Positions 19,947 to 29,947 of a stretch of 50,363 nt of DNA are shown here, piece after piece; the stretch's first letter is position 1, and each line of letters opens with the position of its first letter. Source of the stretch: a virus (Duplodnaviria; Caudoviricetes). The stretch is taken from the IMG/VR virus record IMGVR_UViG_3300025322_000030, positions 1 to 50,363 of that record; one strand, 5' to 3'. Position numbers and translations under genes: made by a program. The notes beneath the pieces were generated by a model, which was not told the origin of the DNA, did not search any database, and saw only the letters and a program-made list of their open reading frames with translations.

Positions 19947-21898
19947 TACTCAGCTCCAACTGGTACAATGTTGCCAGCCTCAGCCTGACGTAGAGCAGTT
20001 TCATCAGGCACAACTTGTCCCTCAATTCTACCAACATCCCTCCTAAAATCCTCAACATTCTTCGCACCAAGTTGCTGTGCTATGTACATAAAGATACGAG
20101 TTATATCAAATTGACTTACAAGTTCTGGGGTCGTACCTATGACCTTAAATAGATCAATCCATGCCTGAGAGAAGTTGCCTCCAGGTATGGAACCGTCCCT
20201 TACGATTAAATCGTAGTTAACCGTTAAGTCAAATGGAGTCACCTTGATACTAGATTTTTGGCCAAGTGTCTTTCTCAGCTGCTCAGCGTAACGTCCGACT
20301 ATTCGAACATAGGTCTCATTACTCATATATTGCTGAGTATGGATAGCAAACATGGTGCCTATGTCCTGCATAAACTGCATACCGATTATCATCGCTATAC
20401 GCTGAAGTCTGGATATTGCGCTACCACGAGTGCCTTGGAATTCACTACTTGTTAGACGCTCAGGACCAGTCATACGAAGTGCGCCTTGCATAGACTGATC
20501 TGCACCACTTATTCTGTCCATCCACTGAGTTATGTATGCACTGTCTGCGATATTGAGACGAGTAATGTCCTGGACAACGAGCTGCTGTACAACTTTATCA
20601 ACTCCACGGCCCCAGGCCGGACGGCGTAGACGGATGAGCTTTCCAGGCTTAGGATCTTTAAGGTCCTCAATATTGACAAGAAACGGATCAACAACCAGCA
20701 TATCATTGATAGCCTTACGCACATTAGCAACGTGCGAGTTGAAGAGGAAATCAAGAGTATGTTGTAGTCCATAAAGAATCTCCATTCGACCTATTGGGGT
20801 AATTGAGTAGCCATCGAATTCAGGTGAAGCTAAAGCTACTGGGAACATTCCATGGCTGTGATCAGCTCTTTCACATGCTATAACCACATCATCAGATGCT
20901 AGTTCTAAGTACCACTTCTCAGGATATTCACCTCCAGGTAGCTCCCATTCCTTTGGTATGAGTTTAACATACATCCTTATGCGGTCAATAGGATTTGTGG
21001 TGTTAGTCATTGATCTGTGTAGATCTGTAGACCCACCATGCCTGGTTAGTCTGTCACTCTGATCAAGTGCCAGTGTAGAGCGCTTGTCACCCTTTTTCCT
21101 AAGGTACCTAACATTAAATAGTCCTGAACCTGGCTGAGTTTCCTCATCAAGTAGATTCATGTAGTTACCACGATCTATCCAGCCAACAAATTCAGCTTTC
21201 TGAATCTCACTGCTAGAAACAGATGGATCTGGCAGCCACATATAAGGATCTATGTTGCTTAAGTCGTTTCCTTCAAATAACACAGAAGGAATAGACTGGA
21301 TGTTCCTCTCAGTTTGTACTCCTAACTCTGATACAGTTTCTGTCTCTGATCTAACAAATTTCTTCCCATGTATCTGTCTCCAGCCAGGAACTGCTGCACC
21401 GAAGCCGTAGCATAGTGAGTCACGGAGAACCGTGTGAACGTTTAGAGGGACCTTACTCTTTATGCAATGAAGTCTGATGACTAACTCCATTAACATAGCA
21501 CCTACAGTGTCGCTGTCTTCCACACCTTCATACTGGAACATAGGGTCTTGGAAGAATGCTAGAGTTAGATATGTTAGTAATGCTTCCAGCATTGAATATG
21601 AGTATGGAAATACTATTGACACAGGCTTATTTGGGTCTTTCTTCTTTATCTTATCTTCGATTTCCTTGAGTGGGATGTAGGTGGTTAGAGTTCTATCAAT
21701 TTCCCTCCAATGGCCGTAACGCTTAGATATTTCGTGCCTGGCTTCAGTAGCACGCTGCCATATTCTATCACGAAGTTTATTGTGAAGCTTACTTCCTGGC
21801 TTTAGATCTAAGCCGTAAGGATATTCGTAGTTGTAAGTCTCCCTACTGTAAATATCAGATTTCCAAGAAGATGGTTCGCCTCTAACTATATATGGCAT
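19946..21898 (-). CDS. Portal protein
   Basis: 650 aa; P22/T7-like portal patterns (DSLCYGFG, DPYMWLPDP, HGMFPV, ISGADQSMQG..TSSE); upstream of scaffold and MCP. Confidence 0.85.
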   Translation of the reverse strand: MPYIVRGEPSSWKSDIYSRETYNYEYPYGLDLKPGSKLHNKLRDRIWQRATEARHEISKRYGHWREIDRTLTTYIPLKEIEDKIKKKDPNKPVSIVFPYSYSMLEALLTYLTLAFFQDPMFQYEGVEDSDTVGAMLMELVIRLHCIKSKVPLNVHTVLRDSLCYGFGAAVPGWRQIHGKKFVRSETETVSELGVQTERNIQSIPSVLFEGNDLSNIDPYMWLPDPSVSSSEIQKAEFVGWIDRGNYMNLLDEETQPGSGLFNVRYLRKKGDKRSTLALDQSDRLTRHGGSTDLHRSMTNTTNPIDRIRMYVKLIPKEWELPGGEYPEKWYLELASDDVVIACERADHSHGMFPVALASPEFDGYSITPIGRMEILYGLQHTLDFLFNSHVANVRKAINDMLVVDPFLVNIEDLKDPKPGKLIRLRRPAWGRGVDKVVQQLVVQDITRLNIADSAYITQWMDRISGADQSMQGALRMTGPERLTSSEFQGTRGSAISRLQRIAMIIGMQFMQDIGTMFAIHTQQYMSNETYVRIVGRYAEQLRKTLGQKSSIKVTPFDLTVNYDLIVRDGSIPGGNFSQAWIDLFKVIGTTPELVSQFDITRIFMYIAQQLGAKNVEDFRRDVGRIEGQVVPDETALRQAEAGNIVPVGAE

Positions 21899-21903
21899 TT
21901 CAT

Positions 21904-21928
21904 AGTCCGATCAAAAATGGTTCAATCT
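21904..21928. promoter_or_regulatory. 25-bp palindrome copy 6 (intergenic)
   Basis: AGTCCGATCA-AAAAT-GGTTCAATCT. Confidence 0.85.
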
Positions 21929-22275
21929 CACCATGGCTCAGTTGTTGGACCAGGAGTTGTTGGAGGAGTGCTAGTTTCAGGTAATGGTTCGTAGACGTTG
22001 ATGTCAGCCCAGAGGCCGTGTAGTTCTACATCAGTATCCTCAACATGAGCTTGGACAACCCAAAGTCCTGGCATGTTTAAATCAGTTACAAGCAAATCAT
22101 AGATCATACGAGTTGAGTCTGCAGGATCTATAGATGCAGTCCAGTAACCAGTTGTTCTGTTAGGACGCTTGAACTTTATTATGAGAGTAGCATACACACT
22201 CAAATCAATTCCAGTGTTTACAACTAATCTCGGAGTATCACCTACAAAGGTTTTATCTGCAGAGGCCAAGGTCAA
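21928..22275 (-). CDS. BppU-N-like Ig-fold virion protein with a short PTT tail
   Basis: FVGDT...KFKRP..TG.W...DLNMPGLWVVQAHV, ending PETSTPPTTPGPTTEPW; true start may be TTG at 22269 after AAGGAG. Confidence 0.55.
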   Translation of the reverse strand: MTLASADKTFVGDTPRLVVNTGIDLSVYATLIIKFKRPNRTTGYWTASIDPADSTRMIYDLLVTDLNMPGLWVVQAHVEDTDVELHGLWADINVYEPLPETSTPPTTPGPTTEPW

Positions 22276-24265
22276 TCTCCTTTGTTATAGGTGAGAAAAG
22301 TAATAGTTCGATAGGTATAGCTGAGATCAATTCAAGTTCACATATCTCAAGTGGAGGAGCAGTTGTTGGACCTGAAGTTGTAGGCAATAAGGTAGTTGGG
22401 GGTAGAGTAGTCGGAACAGGTGTTGTAGGAGCTGGCGTAGTCAGTGGAAGCGTAGTTGGTGATGGAGTAGTAGGTATAACAGTAGTTGGTGGAAGTGTCG
22501 TTGGAGGAAGAGTAGTGGGAGCTGGAGTCGTTGGTGCTAAAGTTGTAGGAGGAAGGGTAGTTGGAGGAGCCGTAGTCACACAACCATACAAGCCCTGACG
22601 AACTCTATCTATTTCATTTTCAGTTAGAACCTTATCAAATATTAAGACTTCATCAATCTCACCATCCCAGAAGAATACAGGATTGGTATTAGAGTGAATA
22701 CATGCTATCAGAAATGGAGCAGCAGTTAACGCTATGTTATTTACAGTGGTTCCACTATTCTCCTGTGCTGTTTCAGTTATGTCATCCCAAATCTTTGCAT
22801 ACCATGCCTTTGTAGCATCATCGTAAGAGAATGCAAGGTGGTACCATCTATCCAAGACAGGAGTGAATGTAAATAGGACTATCGTCTCCCAACTACCACC
22901 GCCGCTATAACCATGAACATAGGCAAGCCTAACAACTCCACCTACATTCTGCCATAATAGTCCCCAAGATACAGTCCCGTTACCTGCGTCAGCTTTACAA
23001 ATTAAATATCTGTTTTCTCCTACAGATAAGTTAGATTCACTTCTGAAAGCCATTAAGACAGTGTGGATCTTATTAGTTGTGCCAGACTTAAACGGGAAAT
23101 TACTTGACAGACCAACATTGTTCCTGCGATAGTGCTGAGATGAACCAAGTTCAAAATCAGCTGCGCAAGCACCTTCCCAAAAATCAGTTGTGTTTTCGGT
23201 AGGTGGACTAGCCGATGCAGTTAGATCATTAGCATCCTTTGAGTCTACAGTTAAAGCTCCACTTTCGAATCTATACAGTGCTACAGCGTTAGGATCGTCT
23301 GATACGTCGTTGTAGCATGGAGGTTCAGTAGTTGGACCAACCGTAGTGGGAGGTAGAGTAGTCGGTGCCAACGTAGTCGGAGGTAAGGTAGTCGGTGCAG
23401 ATGTTGTAGGAGCTAATGTGGTCGGAGCAAGAGTCGTAGGAGCCGGCGTTGTGGGAGCTAGCGTAGTAGGTGGCAATGTAGTCGGAGCTGGAGTAGTTGG
23501 AGCTAAGGTGGTAGGAGCAGGAGTAGTAGGAGCTAAAGTTGTTGGTGCAAGAGTTGTTGGTGGTAGCGTAGTTGGAGCTAACGTTGTGGGAGGTAAAGTA
23601 GTTGGTGGTAAAGTTGTCGGAGGCAGCGTAGTAGGCGGTGCGACAAATGCCTTGTATGAAGCAACTGCCATCGTCCACTCATCGTCCGCTCCAGCCCAAC
23701 TCATAGTCTGTGGTTGGGCAGTAGTTTGGATGATGTAGCTCGCACCAGCAACACGAACACCTAGATCATGGTCATGGATCAAAGTCTGAGCAGGCGTTAA
23801 AAGATCATTTGCCTCGCTCATCTGAACAGAATTGACTAGCTCTCCATCTTCTGTAGGAGTTACAGCAAGACTCGGATCAGTAGAACCAGTACCTCCATTA
23901 GTCTGATCTGCTCCAGGAGTTTGATTAGCACCATCGTACCAGGAAGCAAAGATGGATACTGCAGATGTGCCATTTAGGCTGTTGAATGTAATAGATAATT
24001 GATTAGATCCGTTAGGTGGATTCTTTAAGCTTAGCTTTGCTACTGTGTGGAATGGAGCTGCAGCAGTCCTGTTCTGCTGCTTATCTATTGTCATCGCCTG
24101 ACCACCATAAGTGGCAGATGAGACAGTAAATGAAGCGTTAGCTGTTTCCGCAACATCTACCAACAGCAGACCATTGGTTCTAGTGCCAATGTCAAAGGTA
24201 AATGTACGAGGATTGACATCCCCAGTGTTGTTCTGCTCAGCTTTTCCAACAAAGGTAATAGGCAT
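22253..24265 (-). CDS. Mucin-like virion surface protein: beta domain, PTT repeats, LamG/ConA-like lectin domain, PTT repeats
   Basis: LamG signatures WYHLAFSYD and WDGEIDEVLIFDKVLTENEI; two PTTxx repeat blocks. Confidence 0.75.
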   Translation of the reverse strand: MPITFVGKAEQNNTGDVNPRTFTFDIGTRTNGLLLVDVAETANASFTVSSATYGGQAMTIDKQQNRTAAAPFHTVAKLSLKNPPNGSNQLSITFNSLNGTSAVSIFASWYDGANQTPGADQTNGGTGSTDPSLAVTPTEDGELVNSVQMSEANDLLTPAQTLIHDHDLGVRVAGASYIIQTTAQPQTMSWAGADDEWTMAVASYKAFVAPPTTLPPTTLPPTTLPPTTLAPTTLPPTTLAPTTLAPTTPAPTTLAPTTPAPTTLPPTTLAPTTPAPTTLAPTTLAPTTSAPTTLPPTTLAPTTLPPTTVGPTTEPPCYNDVSDDPNAVALYRFESGALTVDSKDANDLTASASPPTENTTDFWEGACAADFELGSSQHYRRNNVGLSSNFPFKSGTTNKIHTVLMAFRSESNLSVGENRYLICKADAGNGTVSWGLLWQNVGGVVRLAYVHGYSGGGSWETIVLFTFTPVLDRWYHLAFSYDDATKAWYAKIWDDITETAQENSGTTVNNIALTAAPFLIACIHSNTNPVFFWDGEIDEVLIFDKVLTENEIDRVRQGLYGCVTTAPPTTLPPTTLAPTTPAPTTLPPTTLPPTTVIPTTPSPTTLPLTTPAPTTPVPTTLPPTTLLPTTSGPTTAPPLEICELELISAIPIELLLFSPITKEIDLGLCR
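22350..22575 (-). repeat. About 14 PTT(L/P)(A/P) pentapeptide repeats (15-nt period)
   Basis: Visible in the translation; synonymous codons differ between units. Confidence 0.9.
23325..23640 (-). repeat. About 21 PTT(L/P)(A/P) pentapeptide repeats (15-nt period)
   Basis: Visible in the translation; synonymous codons differ between units. Confidence 0.9.
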
Positions 24266-25243
24266 CTAAGGATTCCACCCAGCTAACTTCGCAATCATAA
24301 CCCAGAAGGCCTTTGCTACACTGACTGTTCCATGAGCTGTAACTAAGTGTCCACCGTTGGCCTCAGGAGTCTTGTTTGGACATACTGCAGATATGTTAAG
24401 ACCATCATCAGGGTAATTTTCCTGCTGGGCCCCAAAACTGAAGGCTACCCCATCTCTGTTATCATAGCAGGAAGATCCATCAGGATTGTGCTGCCCAACA
24501 CCTGCAAAATCAAACAGTGGTCTGTTATGTAAAGCTGCCCAGAAACGTACTGAGTTGTTGAATTGCTCTGCTTCAGCAGTTCCAATGCTACGGGCGAGGC
24601 TACTAGTCCAATAGATGAACTTAGCACCCCTGGGAGTGAGGTGATCATCTATCTCCCGCTCCAGATCCCAAGCATCATCAAATTGTCCGGGACGTACAGT
24701 GAAGAACTGACTTATTGTGCTTCCAACCTCAACATTTAGGTATGAGAACTGAAAACTAAGTATATCATAGTTATCTACAATTACAGTAACAGGAGATCCA
24801 GTTTTAGTCTGAGCTGGGATACCTCCATTGTGTAGGCCTTCAATGAAGTCCTGAACCATGGTTTCCCAAGTATCAGCGAAAATGAAGTAACTCCAGTTTG
24901 AACGATTATAAATTGTAGGTGATGGAGTAAACTTTATGTAAGGATCAAGTGTTGACCAATCTGCGTCAGAGTGTTGAATATACTGCCATACTCCGCCTAT
25001 CTGAACCATCTCACGACGACAGACATTTTGTGCCTTTCCATAACTTTGTGCAGTGAAGCAGTTAATAGCATTGTCTAGATTGACACCAACAGATCTGTTC
25101 ATGAAAAGGACACGTTTGGCCCTGGCAGCTGTTAAGTACTGATCAGGAATTAAGTCAAATTGAGAAACAGCTTCCTTACCAGCAGTCTGTGCATACAGAG
25201 GTGAGAGTGCAAAGATCATGTAAGCAACGAGAGCTACAATCAT
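24266..25243 (-). CDS. Secreted SGNH-hydrolase-like protein
   Basis: Signal peptide ending LYA-Q; RVLFMNRSVG, PLFDFA, NGGHL...G...AKAFW. Confidence 0.5.
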   Translation of the reverse strand: MIVALVAYMIFALSPLYAQTAGKEAVSQFDLIPDQYLTAARAKRVLFMNRSVGVNLDNAINCFTAQSYGKAQNVCRREMVQIGGVWQYIQHSDADWSTLDPYIKFTPSPTIYNRSNWSYFIFADTWETMVQDFIEGLHNGGIPAQTKTGSPVTVIVDNYDILSFQFSYLNVEVGSTISQFFTVRPGQFDDAWDLEREIDDHLTPRGAKFIYWTSSLARSIGTAEAEQFNNSVRFWAALHNRPLFDFAGVGQHNPDGSSCYDNRDGVAFSFGAQQENYPDDGLNISAVCPNKTPEANGGHLVTAHGTVSVAKAFWVMIAKLAGWNP

Positions 25244-25245
25244 TA

Positions 25246-25845
25246 CTACCTCGTAGAAAATGAACCAGTTGACTGATCACAGCCGTCTCCGTTGCAGCTT
25301 TCTGCAATGAAGAACCAGTTCTGGTTAGGCTGCAGACCTGATGCTGTTAGGAAGTGATTGATGACATAGGATGCATCACTAACAGTTTTAGGTAAGAAGC
25401 CTATGCGATTATACTGAACTGCTGAATTTGATGACCTGTCAGTCTTCCATGTAAAGTGGATAGTCTTTTTATCTGTAAGATCCTTTGAGGCTATTACAGG
25501 TGATGTGAAGGTAGGAGGTACTGGTTTCCAATCAGCATATGCTTCGTTGGATGGGTCACTCCTGATGACAGTTCCATCATCCTCCATGACATGTGCTGTG
25601 AGTACGTAGTACCAACGTCCTATTCCAGGTTTGTCTATAGTTGTTTGAATAGAGTTCCCACCAAGTATTGTCTGCTTAGGAATGCTTGGGAAGGTTCCAC
25701 TAGTTGTTGATTCCCATAGCTCGAATCCAGTTAGTCCAGCTGCTTCAGGGTGAGGTTCCCAAGTAGCAGTCTTTGTTTGAGCTATAGCATAGACTGAGGC
25801 TAACACAAAGACAATAGTTTGAACGATTTTGGATCGAACTTTCAT
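25246..25845 (-). CDS. Secreted protein with two FN3/Ig-like domains
   Basis: Signal peptide ending AIA-Q; ATWEP..GF..WYYVLTA..SDPSNE; FTWKTD..SAVQY..H.L..GLQPN..W.F. Confidence 0.65.
   Translation of the reverse strand: MKVRSKIVQTIVFVLASVYAIAQTKTATWEPHPEAAGLTGFELWESTTSGTFPSIPKQTILGGNSIQTTIDKPGIGRWYYVLTAHVMEDDGTVIRSDPSNEAYADWKPVPPTFTSPVIASKDLTDKKTIHFTWKTDRSSNSAVQYNRIGFLPKTVSDASYVINHFLTASGLQPNQNWFFIAESCNGDGCDQSTGSFSTR
25816..25840. promoter_or_regulatory. 25-bp palindrome copy 7 (just inside a gene start)
   Basis: AGTTTGAACG-ATTTT-GGATCGAACT. Confidence 0.85.
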
Positions 25846-26123
25846 TTCTTGCCTCCACGCTGATCTTTGTTTATTATCAAGTTTAACTGTTGAACAGTTG
25901 CTGCTAAGCTTATTGATGCACTAGTCAAACTTTCTTGATTACTTATAAGTCTCTCAATGACTTTCTCATGTTGCTTCTGGCCAACTTCTAACGTAGTTAT
26001 TCTACTCTCATTAGAAAGTATAAAACCAATTGCAGCACCGACAATAGGAAGTACAACAACCCAAAGTTTGTTGACTTGTATATATCCACTCCTAACACTG
26101 TCCTCAACTTTTACTCCCATCAT
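25842..26123 (-). CDS. Single-TM, coiled-coil membrane protein (holin/XhlA-like candidate)
   Basis: LWVVVLPIVGAAIGFIL followed by a heptad pattern; GGAGG RBS. Confidence 0.45.
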   Translation of the reverse strand: MMGVKVEDSVRSGYIQVNKLWVVVLPIVGAAIGFILSNESRITTLEVGQKQHEKVIERLISNQESLTSASISLAATVQQLNLIINKDQRGGKK

Positions 26124-27661
26124 ACGTACCTCCAATCATCAACTGGCTTTTCATAAGTCAGTTCTTTATATTCAGCCTCGATATCTCCTGGATCCTCTTT
26201 CGGTGAGAAGTAACGTTCTCCAAGTTCTAGCATTTCCACGAGATAAGCTAGGCAGTCCATAAGATCCCAGAGAGCTGATCGAGGGAACATGAGAAGTTGT
26301 TGTTCAAGCTTCTTTATTGTGAAGCAAGATGCATTGTGGTAGATGTAGCCGCCACGATAGTATGGAACAAGCTCACGTATACGAAGCTCCTTCTTCATCC
26401 CACCACGAGCTTTGAGCCAAATAAGTTCGAAAAATGTACCTCGGCGAAACATCTCATTTTTGATAGGCTGTTTGATAAACTCATTGAGTGAAGTTTCTTC
26501 AATTCCAAGTACCTTTGCACCCAGCCTTTGGCCCATGCCGAACATAGCGTCGTAGATTTCATCTGGGTACATTTTGTCAGAAATAGCATCTCTGACGTAG
26601 ACCTTGGCACTTGCAAGGTCAATTCCTATACCAATTATAGCAGATTCGGCAGAATGAATCTTGACAGTCTTGGCTGGATCGAGAATTACTACAGTCTCTA
26701 TGTTTTTATCCTGCTGAACCTCGACGTCTAGTAACTTTAGGTCATTTTCTGTTCCAGGACGTTCCGGGGGGAGGTTGTAATACTTAAAATATTGATGTTG
26801 GAAGGTAGAATCTTTGGTAGAGATAGGCAGATTGCGTAATTCTCGGAAGAAAACATCAGTTTGGCCGGCATCTACATGCTGTTGCCACTCTTTTTGTATA
26901 GCTTCGTCAGACATGAAGTGAGGAGCAGTGGATTTGAAGTCGTCATCGCAAGCTTCGAGACGTGCAGATGACCATTCTGGGGAATCTAGTAACTTTTGAA
27001 GTACAGAATCCTCGTGTTTTAAGGTGTCTATGTAGACTATTTTCCAATTTCCTGCTTCTTCACCTATTCTAGGCACAGCTTTCATTACGTCAGCGTAGAG
27101 CCATGAGTACCAGCCCTTGCGAATTTCCTCATTTTCAACCTTTTCAGGGTCCTCAAGATCATCTATGACAATTAGCCCAGGTCGACTATTCTTGAATAAG
27201 ACACCTCGAACCTGCTGGCCAGCCCCCCGAGGCCATACTAAGGTATCATATGCTACCCAAGCTTTCTTGCTAAATACTTCGTCGAACTCAGCACCAGTCA
27301 CATCTCGTTGTTTGAAGTCGCCGAAGAAAGCTCTGATTTCCTTGTTAGTGACCATCTCACGGCGAAGGTTTTCAGTTTGAAGACTGGCCGCATCGTGACT
27401 ATGGTTGATGTAGACTATGAATGGAGTAAGCCTGAACAAAATGTAGCGTGCAATTAGTGCTTCAGCAACAACTGACGTTTTGCCCCAGCCACGAGGAGCA
27501 GCTATTGCAACCTTCTGTGCTGGGCCGTCTATGAGTTCAAATATCTTCCCATGTACATTCTCGGCAAATGGCATGTAGAAGCGCTCAGGGAAGAAAGTCT
27601 TAGCAACCATCCTTGTTGAGATGCCACACCTTACCAGGATTTCAGAAAGTTGATTATCCAA
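26120..27661 (-). CDS. terL: Terminase large subunit
   Basis: Walker A APRGWGKT, Walker B LIVIDDLE, nuclease VILDPA and DLMDC. Confidence 0.92.
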   Translation of the reverse strand: MDNQLSEILVRCGISTRMVAKTFFPERFYMPFAENVHGKIFELIDGPAQKVAIAAPRGWGKTSVVAEALIARYILFRLTPFIVYINHSHDAASLQTENLRREMVTNKEIRAFFGDFKQRDVTGAEFDEVFSKKAWVAYDTLVWPRGAGQQVRGVLFKNSRPGLIVIDDLEDPEKVENEEIRKGWYSWLYADVMKAVPRIGEEAGNWKIVYIDTLKHEDSVLQKLLDSPEWSSARLEACDDDFKSTAPHFMSDEAIQKEWQQHVDAGQTDVFFRELRNLPISTKDSTFQHQYFKYYNLPPERPGTENDLKLLDVEVQQDKNIETVVILDPAKTVKIHSAESAIIGIGIDLASAKVYVRDAISDKMYPDEIYDAMFGMGQRLGAKVLGIEETSLNEFIKQPIKNEMFRRGTFFELIWLKARGGMKKELRIRELVPYYRGGYIYHNASCFTIKKLEQQLLMFPRSALWDLMDCLAYLVEMLELGERYFSPKEDPGDIEAEYKELTYEKPVDDWRYV

Positions 27662-28397
27662 CTTTAGTTCTACCTCTATTGATAAGGTCTACAGCTTCCT
27701 TATTTTTCGATAGGAAGTATTTCATGGCTACTCTAGGCTCTACTTTCCCAGTTCTTCTGTATGAGCTGTGCCAGTTGTGTCCTACGACTAATTTACTACC
27801 TCCCAAGCCATGCATGATAGATACTTTGTTGGTTAGAGCTAACTTCCATCCATGCATTATAGCTCTAACACACATATCTGCATCTTCATATCCGTAGCCA
27901 GAGTAGTTTTCGTCTAGCAATCCTATCTCATCAAGCATTTTTCTTTTAAGATATACGCAGGTAAATGATATTCTATCATTGCTCTTAGCACTGCAGTATC
28001 TTATGCCGGATGGGAACTTGACCCACAAATGCGAATTAGACAGCTTGGCAAACTTATTATTCGTACCTCCATCAACAACTGGAGCTGCTATACCTATTGA
28101 TATGTCACTGTAGGCAGCTTCCCTGAGAGTCTCGAATGTTAGTCTATGAATCAACCTGGTATCGTCATTTAATAGTATTACATCATTAGGAGCTACATGA
28201 TTTATTCCTACGTTTACAGACCTACTGAATATAAACTTATCATAATCAGTCCTCACATAATCATATCCGTAGCCTCTGTCATGACTGTCGGAAATTATTA
28301 GTATGTGAAAACTGCATCCAAACTCCTTTAGTGACTCTAAAAGTGGCTGGATTATATCTTCAAATCTGTTAGGTATGATAATGCTACAGTTGTTCAT
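27654..28397 (-). CDS. GT2-family glycosyltransferase
   Basis: SIIIP, FSRSVNVG, VILLNDD, GLLDE.Y.GYGYEDAD.C.R. Confidence 0.85.
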   Translation of the reverse strand: MNNCSIIIPNRFEDIIQPLLESLKEFGCSFHILIISDSHDRGYGYDYVRTDYDKFIFSRSVNVGINHVAPNDVILLNDDTRLIHRLTFETLREAAYSDISIGIAAPVVDGGTNNKFAKLSNSHLWVKFPSGIRYCSAKSNDRISFTCVYLKRKMLDEIGLLDENYSGYGYEDADMCVRAIMHGWKLALTNKVSIMHGLGGSKLVVGHNWHSSYRRTGKVEPRVAMKYFLSKNKEAVDLINRGRTKVG

Positions 28398-28920
28398 ACG
28401 GCTCAATGTAAAACAAGTCAGCAACTTGATTGGTTCTCTTAATAGCTTTTACAAAAACACCAGGGCATTGAGGATCACTGTGCAACTTAAGTATTTCCAT
28501 GTCAGAGAGTATGTCAGACATGTTATCTACACTGAATCTCCAGTAATCAGCTGGATGGTCATGTTTCTTGAATCCACGAGATCTGCATGTGAGAAATAAG
28601 GTACCATCCATACGAAGTACGTACTTAATTCCGTATATTGCTGACCTCCAGTTCTTAGCATGTTCTAGCATTTCCGTACATATAATTACATCGAATAGTC
28701 CTGGTGAGTAGTTTGCAGGTAAGTTTTCAGCTTCTATAACTTTGTCAACTCCCTTACCAGGTCTTATGTCTATGCCTACGTATGAGAGTGGCTTGAGTGA
28801 CATTATTATAGTCCTAGGAGATCCATTTACGTCTAGACTACCTACTTCTAGTACAACTTTGTCCTTGATTTCCTCAGGACTTATATTAGACCGCAGAAAG
28901 TCCATTACGCTCTTGTGCAT
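28384..28920 (-). CDS. Class I SAM-dependent methyltransferase (glycan-type)
   Basis: VLEVGS, YVGIDI..GKGVD, FDVIICTEMLEH, HDHPADYWRF; sits between two glycosyltransferases. Confidence 0.85.
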   Translation of the reverse strand: MHKSVMDFLRSNISPEEIKDKVVLEVGSLDVNGSPRTIIMSLKPLSYVGIDIRPGKGVDKVIEAENLPANYSPGLFDVIICTEMLEHAKNWRSAIYGIKYVLRMDGTLFLTCRSRGFKKHDHPADYWRFSVDNMSDILSDMEILKLHSDPQCPGVFVKAIKRTNQVADLFYIEPYEQL

Positions 28921-29947
28921 AAGTTTGATCAATTTTGGAATGATCTTGATCCCAAGGCTTGGAGGTAAGTAGTTGCTCAAAGCTCATGATCTTACGACTG
29001 TCAAGCCAGTTCTTTTCATTAGTGCCAATTTCAATAGCTTTGGACCACCACTTGTCGATGTTTATGTACTTACCAAAGCGTTCGGTTAGAGCCTTCCTAT
29101 TACGTTGCATCATTGGCTCGCCACCAAGCACGTAGCAACTAACCAGGAACCCAAAAGTGTGGGGGAAGTTGCCACTTGATGTGTAGCGTCTGTACTTCTC
29201 ATGATCGTTTAGGTCTTTGGCTAGGAAGGCCTCATTACTGTTTCCGTTGTTACCTATACGAGGAAATGGACCTATGTGAATGCAAGAGTTGGTAGGAACT
29301 GCCCAGTTTTTGAAGCCGAGGAGCCAAGGCTTAATTCCTATATGCATGTCACCTCCACCCCAGCTGACTCTGTGCTCAGATAGGGCACCGTAGCCGTTTA
29401 GGCCCTTGTCTTTATCTAAGAACCAGCTCCTTCGACAGATCCATGGCATGCCTTTCCAAGTAATCATCCTTTCGTGATCATAAGCAGTGCCCCAAGGACC
29501 TAGTTCATGTCTGGAGATATTTCTATCGTGCCTAGCCCTCGACTCATGCTGATGAGCCCAGGAGATAGGAGCGTGGGCAAAACCTAGAGTTGGGTCGTTA
29601 TATCTACGATCCATGAAACTAACTAAGTCCTTAATGGAGTCCCTACCAACTATCATGTGTGAATCAAGACATATGATGTACTCACCAACAGCCTTCTCAG
29701 CAGCCAACTCACGAGCTGTGAATAGACATGGGAAGTCCTGATAGAACAACTTGAGGGTCCCATCTCTGCAGTAACCAGTTGGAAGAGCACCTCTTAAGTG
29801 GTCCCTAATTTTCTTATCAGAGTTGTCTACGACTATTACTTCACCAGCACCTTTGCCAAGTGGACGTAGCTCTTCTATACATGATCTAACCGTTACAGCT
29901 AGCATTGCTAAGTCGTTGCGATTAGCTATGATGACAGATACTATCAT
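28886..29947 (-). CDS. GT2-family glycosyltransferase
   Basis: VSVIIANRN, EVIVVDN, ARELAAEKAVGEYIICLDSH. Confidence 0.85.
   Translation of the reverse strand: MIVSVIIANRNDLAMLAVTVRSCIEELRPLGKGAGEVIVVDNSDKKIRDHLRGALPTGYCRDGTLKLFYQDFPCLFTARELAAEKAVGEYIICLDSHMIVGRDSIKDLVSFMDRRYNDPTLGFAHAPISWAHQHESRARHDRNISRHELGPWGTAYDHERMITWKGMPWICRRSWFLDKDKGLNGYGALSEHRVSWGGGDMHIGIKPWLLGFKNWAVPTNSCIHIGPFPRIGNNGNSNEAFLAKDLNDHEKYRRYTSSGNFPHTFGFLVSCYVLGGEPMMQRNRKALTERFGKYINIDKWWSKAIEIGTNEKNWLDSRKIMSFEQLLTSKPWDQDHSKIDQTYAQERNGLSAV
28922..28946. promoter_or_regulatory. 25-bp palindrome copy 8 (abuts the methyltransferase start)
   Basis: AGTTTGATCA-ATTTT-GGAATGATCT. Confidence 0.8.

Noticed and set aside
23325-23738. 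Alternative-frame and antisense ORFs over the PTT repeats (VVG repeats; Tyr/Ser-rich)
   Set aside because: Shadow frames of a low-complexity repeat
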